Assembly (NCBI GenBank): GCA_024281175.1
Contig: JAMJTW010000005.1
Coordinates: forward strand, 23,104 to 87,103
Source of the DNA: Candidatus Thiovulum imperiosus
Lineage (GTDB): Bacteria > Campylobacterota > Campylobacteria > Campylobacterales > Thiovulaceae
DNA: 64,000 nt
Reading direction: 5' to 3'
Shown in pieces: positions 25,637 through 34,361 of the stretch. The notes under the pieces were generated by a model. The model saw only the letters and a program-made list of their open reading frames with translations. It did no database searches and was not told the origin of the DNA. Each line of letters starts with the position of its first letter. Position 1 is the stretch's first letter. The position numbers and the translations under genes were made by a program.

Positions 25637-27502
25637 ATGAGAATACAAGTTCTACTTCTTATATTTTCAATATCTCTTTCTGCTTCAATTGGAAAACTAT
25701 CAGCTATTAGAGGTGATGTCTATATTGAGAGAGAGGGTGTAAAGAGTAAAGCATACAGAGGTCAAAAACTTGCTGTTTCAGACTCAGTTATAACTTCCAG
25801 TAGAGCAAAAGCACAAATTATTTTTGAAGATAAAACTATTGTTAGGATTGGAAGAAGTACAGTTTTTGAGATAGAGGATTATTATTATGATGACACGGAA
25901 AAATCTAAAGCAAAGTTTAGAGTCAAAAGAGGCTTCTTTTCTGCAATAACTGGTCGAATTGGAAAAGTTTCAAAAAGTAATTTGAAATTTTTCACACAAA
26001 CTTCAACAATTGGAATTCGAGGAACTCATTTTGAGGGATTTATAGAAGAGAGCCGAGAGGATATAGCTTGTTTAAAAGGAGGTATATATCTTACAGTTGG
26101 AGATAGAACCATAGATATTTTAGCTGGGAATATTCTTACAATCAGAGATGGAATACCTGAAGAGGTTCGAGAGTTGAAGAGTATTGATATTGAAGAGATG
26201 TCTAGTCGAGAGATAATGGCTGAATTGGAGAGTATAAATACTCAAGTTGAAGCTCTCTCAAATGTGAAAGATAGCGATTTAAAATATGTTCAATATAGCG
26301 AACTTATGGACGAATTAAACAGCAAATATCATGATGAAGTCTTAAAATATTATCAGAGAGAGATAGTTCTGGGCGAGTCTAGTGATAGCTCGGTAATGAT
26401 GCAACTCTACACAAAATATTCTCCAGAAGGAAATAGTTTAGAACAAATTCAGAATGCAGTACCTTATGATATCTACTTAAACTCAAAAGAGAGTAGAGAG
26501 TTAGAAATTCCAATTTTTTGGGACGGAAATAGCGATGGTGGAAGAATAGCAAAATATAATGGGAACATAGTTTTTGCTTCTAAAGTTGAGTTTAACCCAG
26601 AAGCAGATGGAAATAGTGATTTTGAGAAAGAGGTTATTTCACAAGAGGATATATTTCTTGAAAATGGAGTGGGAAAAGAGATAAATGTAGAAATCGATTT
26701 TCAAAATGGTTTTGTAGGAGGTAGTTTTGAGTATTTAGAAAATAGATACAACTTTTCAAACTCAGGTAGTGGTGCTGTTGAGAGTGATGGGTTTCTCTTC
26801 TACTCAAACAATATTTTAAGCAATTCTCCAAACAGTTTCTTTTTTAAAAACTCATCATACAATGGAGAAGGAGTTATCTCTTCAGAATTTGGAATTATTA
26901 TAGATGAGTATACAACAATACGAGGTGGTTTTATAGCTGAACAAGTTGATGAGGTTAGTCTTTATAAAGAGAAATTGGGTTCAGATACAATTTTTGATTG
27001 GGGATATTGGGCTTACCAATTTGATGGCGAAGAGAAGCAGTATCGAGGTGGTTGGATAGTTCCAAAAGAGGAGTTGACTGGTTCTCTACCATCGGAAGTC
27101 TCAGCTACATATAGTGGAGATATCTTTGGAACTGTTGAAAATAGAAGCGTTGGAAAAGAGGCTGAAAAGATAGATGGTACATTCCAATTTGTTTTCAACT
27201 TGATGAAATCGACAATGGACGGAGATGTGAACTTTGCCTCTTCAGAAGAAGACTTCTCATTTCAATTTAAAACAACAAATCAGATATTTGCAGAAGATGG
27301 CTCTTTTCAATTCAATAAAAATTCAGACAATGTAGATGATGGAACATTTAAGACAAAAGCATCTTCAACAGACATTCCAGAATATATGTATGGTTCTGGA
27401 AATTTCTATGGAGAAAATGGAGAGTATGTTGGTGGTGGTTTTACAGCTGGTTTTGAAAATGGAGAGACAGCAATTGCTGGATTTAAAGGTGAAAAAAGGT
27501 GA
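25637..27502 (+). CDS. FecR-domain protein fused to a TbpB/handle-barrel-like C-terminal domain
   Basis: Signal peptide, then a FecR-like segment (GKLSAIRGDVYIEREG...QKLAVSDSVITSS...RIGRSTVFEI). The C-terminus ATYSGDIFGTV...IDGTFQFVFN...GSGNFYGENGEYVGGGF resembles the beta-barrel of transferrin-binding-protein-like lipoproteins. Confidence 0.55.
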   Translation: MRIQVLLLIFSISLSASIGKLSAIRGDVYIEREGVKSKAYRGQKLAVSDSVITSSRAKAQIIFEDKTIVRIGRSTVFEIEDYYYDDTEKSKAKFRVKRGFFSAITGRIGKVSKSNLKFFTQTSTIGIRGTHFEGFIEESREDIACLKGGIYLTVGDRTIDILAGNILTIRDGIPEEVRELKSIDIEEMSSREIMAELESINTQVEALSNVKDSDLKYVQYSELMDELNSKYHDEVLKYYQREIVLGESSDSSVMMQLYTKYSPEGNSLEQIQNAVPYDIYLNSKESRELEIPIFWDGNSDGGRIAKYNGNIVFASKVEFNPEADGNSDFEKEVISQEDIFLENGVGKEINVEIDFQNGFVGGSFEYLENRYNFSNSGSGAVESDGFLFYSNNILSNSPNSFFFKNSSYNGEGVISSEFGIIIDEYTTIRGGFIAEQVDEVSLYKEKLGSDTIFDWGYWAYQFDGEEKQYRGGWIVPKEELTGSLPSEVSATYSGDIFGTVENRSVGKEAEKIDGTFQFVFNLMKSTMDGDVNFASSEEDFSFQFKTTNQIFAEDGSFQFNKNSDNVDDGTFKTKASSTDIPEYMYGSGNFYGENGEYVGGGFTAGFENGETAIAGFKGEKR

Positions 27503-27523
27503 GACAAGGGTCTCTCCCTCACC

Positions 27524-28543
27524 TCATCTCTGAAACTGCTCTAAAAGTCTTAAATCACCTTCAAAAAGAGACCTCAAATCTGGAATTCTGTGAATAAGCA
27601 TTGCAAATCTCTCAACTCCAAGACCAAAAGCGTAACCACTAACATCTTCATATTGAACTGCTTTCAAAACATTCTCATCAACCATTCCACAACCTAAAAC
27701 TTCAAGCCAACCAGTGTGTGAACAGACTCGACACCCATCACCTTCACAGAAAACACATGAGATATCAACCTCCGCACTTGGTTCTGTAAAAGGGAAGAAA
27801 CTAGGTCTAAATCGAACTTCAACCTCTCCAAACATATGGTGAAGAAAATCTTGAAGAATAAATTTCAAATTTGCAAAAGAGACTTTTTTCCCGTTCTCAA
27901 TTACAAGACCCTCAACTTGGTGGAACATCGGAGTATGAGTTAAATCAAAATCTCTACGAAAAACAGTACCTGGTGCAATCATTCGAATTGGAGGCTTCTC
28001 TCTCTCCATAGTTCGTATCTGAACAGGTGAAGTGTGTGTTCTTAAAAGATGGTGGTCAGCAAAATAGAATGTATCTTGCATATCTCTCGCTGGATGATGT
28101 TTTGGAAGATTTAGAGCTTCAAAATTGTGAAAATCGTCCTCAACCATTCTTCCCTCTTCTACTGAAAAGTTCATCTTTTGAAAATAGTCAATAATTCTAT
28201 TCATCGTCTCTACAACAGGGTGATATCCACCAAGTTCCAACTTGCCATTTATTAGAGATATATCTATTTTCTCATTTAACATACCATCTTCAACAGCTTT
28301 TTCTTCTAATTCTAATCTCTTCTCTTCTAATTTTTTTGCAAACTCTTGCTTAATTTTATTTAACTCTTTTGCAACATCTTTTCTCTGACTCGGCTCTAAG
28401 TTTTTCATATTAGCAAACTCTTTTGCCAATTCACCTTTTTTACCAAGAACAGAAATTCTAAGCTCTTCTAATCTTTTTAAATTTATGCAGTTTTCTAACT
28501 CTATAAAATAGTTCTTCAAAATCTCTCCAAATAATTTATCCAA
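27524..28543 (-). CDS. pheS: Phenylalanine--tRNA ligase alpha subunit
   Basis: Class II aaRS motifs ([41 protein letters not shown]). Confidence 0.92.
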   Translation of the reverse strand: MDKLFGEILKNYFIELENCINLKRLEELRISVLGKKGELAKEFANMKNLEPSQRKDVAKELNKIKQEFAKKLEEKRLELEEKAVEDGMLNEKIDISLINGKLELGGYHPVVETMNRIIDYFQKMNFSVEEGRMVEDDFHNFEALNLPKHHPARDMQDTFYFADHHLLRTHTSPVQIRTMEREKPPIRMIAPGTVFRRDFDLTHTPMFHQVEGLVIENGKKVSFANLKFILQDFLHHMFGEVEVRFRPSFFPFTEPSAEVDISCVFCEGDGCRVCSHTGWLEVLGCGMVDENVLKAVQYEDVSGYAFGLGVERFAMLIHRIPDLRSLFEGDLRLLEQFQR

Positions 28544-28588
28544 AATTCTAGCATTTTGAAAATCAAGATTTTAAATCACTCTACTCAA

Positions 28589-29281
28589 TTACAATTTATT
28601 AGTATAAATTCTCAATTTTTTAAGCAAAATCTTCTTTTTCATTTTAAAAAAATCTGCAATAAATTCAGAGTTTTGAACTTCTAAAATAAATTTAGAAGCC
28701 ATCTTCTCTTCTTGGAAATTTCTCAAATCGTATTGAAAATGTTCTACAAAAATTAGCTCACATTTAAAAAACTTCTCTTCAAAATACTCTTTTAGAAAAG
28801 AGAGCTGTTTAGCAATCTCGATATCTTTTACAAAAGAGAAAACCTCATCAACCTTATCACTCTTTTCCAAACTGTTTTGTAGAGATTTATTCAAGAGTTC
28901 ATTTAAAATAGATTTCCAATTTAGAAAGATATAGAGTTCATCTAAAAATTGTGGTGTAGGATTTGGAAAAAGAATTCTGTTTTTCTCCGCTCCATACTTC
29001 TTTTGAGCAATCTCTTTTAAGGTTTTTTCAATTTCAATACCCTCTTGACAATCATATAACCTATCAGAAATATCGTGGTCAAAGCGAAAACCATCTCTTT
29101 TTAATATTTCTTCATAACATTCAGATTTTGCAACTTCAACAACTATTTCAATTTCAGAAACTCTACTTTTTAAAAGTTCACTTCCCCTGCAAACAAAACA
29201 CTTTTTGAAGAACTCTTTGTGAACCTCAGCAACAATTAGTTCTCGAACTCTATTTTTAATCAAATTTGTTCCTCCAGCCAT
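28589..29281 (-). CDS. Hypothetical protein, last gene of the LRR-GGCT operon
   Basis: 230 aa with no signal peptide. It overlaps the upstream gene by 22 nt. A weak pol-beta-NTase-like pattern, CRGSELLKSRVSEIEIVVEV (GS-x8-ExE), is seen by eye only. Confidence 0.5.
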   Translation of the reverse strand: MAGGTNLIKNRVRELIVAEVHKEFFKKCFVCRGSELLKSRVSEIEIVVEVAKSECYEEILKRDGFRFDHDISDRLYDCQEGIEIEKTLKEIAQKKYGAEKNRILFPNPTPQFLDELYIFLNWKSILNELLNKSLQNSLEKSDKVDEVFSFVKDIEIAKQLSFLKEYFEEKFFKCELIFVEHFQYDLRNFQEEKMASKFILEVQNSEFIADFFKMKKKILLKKLRIYTNKL

Positions 29282-30576
29282 TTATGAGCCTTTTGATGAA
29301 TTTTCAAATGTTTGCTAAAGTTTTCAAAAACATCTTTTTCCCAATCTTCTCTCATTTTCTTAGCTTCTAAAATTACATCAATATAGACGATATTTTTTGA
29401 ATAACCTTTGTTGAATGAGTCTACCGCCACAGCTCCAAGTCTGCCAAAAAACTCAAATTTTGACTGGAAACCTACAACACCAAAAATAAAATCCAAGCGT
29501 CTAAAGAGCCATGCGATACTTTGAATAAATTCTGTGTCATCTGTAACAGCAACTTTGTCAAAATAGTCACTATCTTCAGTTGTAAAAATAAAAAAGTCTT
29601 TAAATCCAAACTCTGTTTTGATATCTTTAGCTTTACCCAATTTATCAGATTTTGCCAATTTCATCACTTTTTCTAAATTATCTTCAACTTTTAAAAAAGT
29701 TTCTATTCTCTTTAAAAGAGATTTCTCTTCATCAAAGATTTTTTGTCGAATTAGTGGAAGTGCTATATCAAAAAGCTCTTGAAAAAAACTATTTTTTTTA
29801 CAAATCTCGTTTGCAATTTCCCTTAAACTCTTATCAAAAGAGTAGATGTTTTCGGCTCTCTCTCTGCTAATTTTCCATAACTCTCTTAAATTATAGTCAT
29901 ATAAATCTTCTAAATGGCGTTCCTCTTCATAGAACTCATCTTTTTCTCGAGTACTATAAAGTGTTTCCAAGCTAGAAAGAAAGAAGATATCATCTATAAG
30001 TTGGCTTGTATAAAATTCATCATCAAAACTTCTAAAGGTATTTGGAATTTCAACTTTTGAAGTGAAATCATCTATAAGTTCATCTAACTTTTCTGGAAAA
30101 AATGGAGGTATATCTAAACCCACTTGCTCTATGGAGTTGAATTTTTTCTTCAATTTCTTAGAGATGAAATATTGAATTCTCTTTTTGTAAAGAGCTTCTA
30201 AATCTATTTCAGAGTAGGTAATCAAGGAATGAACTTTTGGAAGTAATTTATCAAAAAAAGAGTTTTCATTGTAAATGTTTCTTGCAATTCGCTTTAGGTC
30301 TTTTTCAATTTTTAAAAGTTTAATTCTTTCGCATTTAGATATTTCTGGACAATCCCATTCAATTCTATGACGACTTATGGAGCTAAGTTCTAAAATCTTT
30401 CTGGAACACTCATTTTCAAAGACTTCTATCTCTTTCTCTATTTGAAAACTATCAAAAAAATGAGAAGTTATTTTTATAAATTCTTGCTCATAATAAATCT
30501 GAAATCTCTTTTCAAAAGTTTCCCTATTTATATGAAACAGGTAATCTCTAATTTTTCTTTTATAAATCTTTTTCAT
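29260..30576 (-). CDS. Hypothetical helical protein, third gene of the LRR-GGCT operon
   Basis: 438 aa with no signal peptide. Its ATG overlaps the upstream stop (4-nt overlap). Internal duplication (...RIARNIYNENSFFDKLLP... / ...EIANEICKKNSFFQELF...). No domain recognised. Confidence 0.5.
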   Translation of the reverse strand: MKKIYKRKIRDYLFHINRETFEKRFQIYYEQEFIKITSHFFDSFQIEKEIEVFENECSRKILELSSISRHRIEWDCPEISKCERIKLLKIEKDLKRIARNIYNENSFFDKLLPKVHSLITYSEIDLEALYKKRIQYFISKKLKKKFNSIEQVGLDIPPFFPEKLDELIDDFTSKVEIPNTFRSFDDEFYTSQLIDDIFFLSSLETLYSTREKDEFYEEERHLEDLYDYNLRELWKISRERAENIYSFDKSLREIANEICKKNSFFQELFDIALPLIRQKIFDEEKSLLKRIETFLKVEDNLEKVMKLAKSDKLGKAKDIKTEFGFKDFFIFTTEDSDYFDKVAVTDDTEFIQSIAWLFRRLDFIFGVVGFQSKFEFFGRLGAVAVDSFNKGYSKNIVYIDVILEAKKMREDWEKDVFENFSKHLKIHQKAHKWLEEQI

Positions 30577-30578
30577 TT

Positions 30579-32090
30579 TTACATTTCTTCTGTAAATTCG
30601 CTTAAAAGTTCATATTTTGAATAGTCTATTTCAGAATTTGCAAAGTATGTTATAGTACATCTCCAGCATAGTTCACATGCTGGATAAACTACAACTTTTA
30701 TTTCTCTTCGAGAATAATGTTTTGGATACCCTTCAATTAAATCCATATCTTTTAAAATATCTAAATTTATACGATAAACTTCACCCTCGATTTTTTTTCC
30801 ATACCCCTCTTTGTCGATGAGGTAAGGATATTGTCCATTTTCTGAAATCATTGGATATTTCTCTTCAGTTACCGCATTTCCGAGATACTCCATATTTTCT
30901 AAAAGATGATGATTTGGAAAATCTTTTTTTAAAGTTCCATAAACAAAAATCTCAATATCTTTTTCTGAAATTTCTGTATTTGGTAAAGCTCTTCTTATTC
31001 TGTTGTATTCATCAAAACTTATCTTCTCTGTATCAATTACCAGCTCTTTTAGATTTTTTAGCTTTTCTAAATTCTGTGGATAGCTTTTAATGTGGTTCAT
31101 AAGCAAATGGAGTTGCTCTAAATTTTTCAGATTTGTTACAGTTTCAGGAACATTTGTTAAAGATGACCAAGTAAAATCTAAAACTCGAAGTTTTTTCAGA
31201 TTTTCTATCCAATCTGGAATCTCTTCAAAACCAGCAGTATCAAAACGCAAACTTTCTAAATCTGATAACTTTTTTATCCATTCTGGAAATGTGTCTATCA
31301 TACAAAAACCTAATTTTTTTAGATTTTCTGGAATATGAAAATCGTAAGAAAACTTTGTATCATAAATATATAACTCTTTTAGATTTTCTATCTTTGGTAA
31401 AGTCTTCATTGAATCTGTATGTGAAATCTTCAAAGATTGTAAATCAGTTTTTTCAGAGAGTTTAAAAGATTGAAAATTTATTTGCCGAAATTCCAATATT
31501 TTTAGATTTGGGAAATCTGATAAATCTAACTCCTCTTTTTCAGAACCTTCCAAATATAAAGTTTCTAAATTGTAAGAACTATTTTTTGAGATTTCAAAAT
31601 CTTTCTCAACTGTAATCTTTAAATACTTCAAGTTTGGTAAATTGTCTAGTTTAATGTAGTTTGCTCGAGTAATAAGCTCTTCTAACTTCTCAAAGTCTGA
31701 AATTGTAACCTCTTCCAAGTTTCCAGAAATTTCTAACTTTTTTAAGTTTTGTAAATTAGAAATCTCTTTTGGAAGTTTTGTAACTTCGCCCCATATTTGC
31801 AACTTTTTTAAATTTGTGAGTTCGCAAATTTCAAGAGGAAATTCTTTTAAGTCAAATCCTATATATAGCTTTTTTAAGTTTTGTAAATTTGTAAATTCTT
31901 TTGGTAATTTTGTAAGTTTACCCCATACTTCCAACTCTTCTAAATTTGTGAGTTGGCAAATTTCAAGAGGAAACTCTTTCTCTTCTCTTAGATTTAAATC
32001 TAATTTTTTCAAGTTATGCAAATTTGCAAACTCTTTTTCTGAAATATTTAAAATTTCTCTTAAGTTGCTAAATTCTAAAAGTTCTCTCAT
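30579..32090 (-). CDS. Leucine-rich-repeat protein fused to one AIG2/GGACT-like gamma-glutamylcyclotransferase domain
   Basis: Residues 1-365 are LRRs (LPLEICxLTNLxxLxIWG..TKLPKEFxNLQNLKKL). Residues 378-503 read IFVYGTLKKDFPNHHLL...IEGEVYRI...LIEGYP, the YGTLK + GEVY signature of the GGCT/AIG2 fold. Confidence 0.8.
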   Translation of the reverse strand: MRELLEFSNLREILNISEKEFANLHNLKKLDLNLREEKEFPLEICQLTNLEELEVWGKLTKLPKEFTNLQNLKKLYIGFDLKEFPLEICELTNLKKLQIWGEVTKLPKEISNLQNLKKLEISGNLEEVTISDFEKLEELITRANYIKLDNLPNLKYLKITVEKDFEISKNSSYNLETLYLEGSEKEELDLSDFPNLKILEFRQINFQSFKLSEKTDLQSLKISHTDSMKTLPKIENLKELYIYDTKFSYDFHIPENLKKLGFCMIDTFPEWIKKLSDLESLRFDTAGFEEIPDWIENLKKLRVLDFTWSSLTNVPETVTNLKNLEQLHLLMNHIKSYPQNLEKLKNLKELVIDTEKISFDEYNRIRRALPNTEISEKDIEIFVYGTLKKDFPNHHLLENMEYLGNAVTEEKYPMISENGQYPYLIDKEGYGKKIEGEVYRINLDILKDMDLIEGYPKHYSRREIKVVVYPACELCWRCTITYFANSEIDYSKYELLSEFTEEM

Positions 32091-32091
32091 T

Positions 32092-34215
32092 TTACACTTC
32101 TCCTATGAATTCACTTAAAAGTTCTTCTTTTGAAAATTCAATTTCAAAGTTTGCAACAAATGCAATAGCGTAAGAATAGTTTTCTCCAATCTCAACTGAA
32201 ATTTCTACTTTAGTGTAATCTTCAAATTCTAGTTTGTCCAAATCTTGAATAGAGATTTCATAAACCTCACCTTTTATTTCAGGTTCTGAACCATCTTCTT
32301 TTTTGAAAAGATAAGGTTTGGAATTTCTGATAACCATTCCAAGATTTTGAGAGTTTGCTACATGAAACTCGTATTGGAAAGTTGCTTCTCCAATAAACTT
32401 TGCCTCTTTTAAAAGGTGGTGATTGGGGAAACCTTTTTTCATAGTGCCATAAACAAAAATATTAGTTAAAGTTAAATGTGTTCCAATTGTGAATTCACTT
32501 AAAAAGTTCTTTTGAGAAAAATAGATTTCAAAATTTGGAATATAAGCTGTAACATATCTCCAATAGAGATAGAATTCACCATCAAGTTTCACTTTAAAAT
32601 CTTTCCGAATAAATTTATCAGAATAGAAAGAGTCTAGTTTTTGTAGAGTTTCAAAATCAATTTCATAAACTTCACCTCGAATATTTTCACCAATTCCACT
32701 TTTGGCGATGAGGTAAGGAACACCATTTTCAACAATCATTGGATATTTCTCTTCAGTTGTTGCTTTTCCAAGATACTCCATATTTTCTAAAAGATGATGA
32801 TTTGGAAAATCTTTTTTTAGAGAATTGACCACAAAAATTTCAATATTTTTTTCTGGAATTTCTGTATTTGGCAAAGCTCTTTTTATTCTATTGTATTCAT
32901 CAAAACTTATCTTTTGTGTTTCAATTTTAAACTCTTTTAGATTTTTTAGCTTTTCTAAATTTTGTGGATAGCTTTTAATATGGTTCATATCTAAAATGAG
33001 TTTCTCTAAATTTTTTAGATTTGTTACAGCTTCAGAAACTCTCTCGAGATTACTCCACTCAATTGAAATTTCTTTCAAATTTTGTAATTCATCCATCCAA
33101 TCAGGAATTTCTGTCAAACCATATTCGTAAAGACTTAAACATTCCAATTCAGAAAGTTCTCTTATCCATTGCGGAAAGTATTCTGAAAGCCCATTGTTAC
33201 AAAGATTTACCTTTTTCAACTTTTTTGAAATTGGAAAATTTTTAAAAATCTTACTTGGTTTTGAGTTGGACATAATGTCATGAAGATACAACTCTTCAAG
33301 ATTTTCAAGTTTTGGTAACTCTGTTATTGAATGAGTATGTTGAATGCTCAAAGATTTCAATTTTGTATTTCCAACTATCGAAAAAGCTCCTCCATAGAAA
33401 CTTAACTCTTCCAAATTCGGAAAATCTGATAAATTAAACTCTCCTTCAAAATCATCTAAATAAATCTTTTTAAGTTGTTTGTTAAACTCTTTTGGAGGTA
33501 ACTTTGTTACTTCTTCTAAGTTTGGTAAGTTTGAAAACTTAAATTTTTTTAAATTAAAATCCAATATTCTCAAATTTGGTAAATTTGAAATTTCAACCTC
33601 TTCAAAATTTGCAATTTCTAAACTTTTTAAATTTTGCAAATCTTTTATAGAGATGCTTATTACCTCTTCTCTCTCTGGAAATATTTCCAAATTCTCTAAA
33701 TTTGGAAGTTCTGCTAAAACTGAAGTATCTTCTATTTTTGAACAGATACGGAGTCTTTTGAGATTTTGCAAATTAGAAAACTCTTTTGGCAATTTTGTAA
33801 ATTTGCCCCATATGTCCAACTCTTCTAAATTTGAGAGTTCGCAAATCTCAAGAGGTATCTCTTTTAACTCAAATTCTATATCTAACTTTTTCAAATTCTG
33901 TAAATTTGCAAATTCTTTGGGTAATCCTGTAAATTTACCAGATATTTCCAATTTTTCTAAGTTTGCGAGTTCGCAAATCTCAAGAGGGAACTCTTTTGAG
34001 TCAAAATATAGCTTTTTTAAGTTTTGTAAATTTGTAAACTCTTTTGGTAATTCTGTAAGTTCACCCCATATTTCCAACTCTTCTAAATTTGTGAGTTGGC
34101 AGATTTCAAGAGGAAGCTCTTTCTCTTCTCTTAGATTTAAATCTAATTTTTTCAAGTTATGCAAATTTGCAAACTCTTTTTGTGAAATTTTTAAAATTTT
34201 TCTTAAGTTTCTCAT
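32092..34215 (-). CDS. Leucine-rich-repeat protein fused to two tandem AIG2/GGACT-like domains (first one degenerate)
   Basis: Residues 1-445 are LRRs. Domain 1 (457-575) has IFVVNSLKKDFPNHH...IRGEVYEI. Domain 2 (585-707) has IFVYGTMKKGFPNHH...IKGEVYEI. No signal peptide. Confidence 0.8.
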   Translation of the reverse strand: MRNLRKILKISQKEFANLHNLKKLDLNLREEKELPLEICQLTNLEELEIWGELTELPKEFTNLQNLKKLYFDSKEFPLEICELANLEKLEISGKFTGLPKEFANLQNLKKLDIEFELKEIPLEICELSNLEELDIWGKFTKLPKEFSNLQNLKRLRICSKIEDTSVLAELPNLENLEIFPEREEVISISIKDLQNLKSLEIANFEEVEISNLPNLRILDFNLKKFKFSNLPNLEEVTKLPPKEFNKQLKKIYLDDFEGEFNLSDFPNLEELSFYGGAFSIVGNTKLKSLSIQHTHSITELPKLENLEELYLHDIMSNSKPSKIFKNFPISKKLKKVNLCNNGLSEYFPQWIRELSELECLSLYEYGLTEIPDWMDELQNLKEISIEWSNLERVSEAVTNLKNLEKLILDMNHIKSYPQNLEKLKNLKEFKIETQKISFDEYNRIKRALPNTEIPEKNIEIFVVNSLKKDFPNHHLLENMEYLGKATTEEKYPMIVENGVPYLIAKSGIGENIRGEVYEIDFETLQKLDSFYSDKFIRKDFKVKLDGEFYLYWRYVTAYIPNFEIYFSQKNFLSEFTIGTHLTLTNIFVYGTMKKGFPNHHLLKEAKFIGEATFQYEFHVANSQNLGMVIRNSKPYLFKKEDGSEPEIKGEVYEISIQDLDKLEFEDYTKVEISVEIGENYSYAIAFVANFEIEFSKEELLSEFIGEV

Positions 34216-34361
34216 TTTATAAAGTAATTTGATGGTTGTAAATTTATTAGTAGTTTTTAAGAAGCCGTTGCAAAAGCAACAATTATATTTTTAAGATTTC
34301 CGTCGAAATAATTATAATATAAAAATTTTCTTTTAGTAAAATTTTAAAAAAAGGAGAGCCG

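Noticed and set aside
28589-34215. Diversity-generating retroelement acting on the variable LRR arrays
   Set aside because: No reverse transcriptase gene or template/variable repeat pair with adenine-specific differences is visible in or near the locus.
33479-34222. 247-aa plus-strand ORF, and similar ORFs at 31090..31338, 31816..32118 and 33021..33245, antisense to the LRR genes
   Set aside because: The composition is low-complexity and F/S/K-rich, mirroring the LRR periodicity on the opposite strand. There are no start-site signals. The sense-strand proteins have clear domain content.
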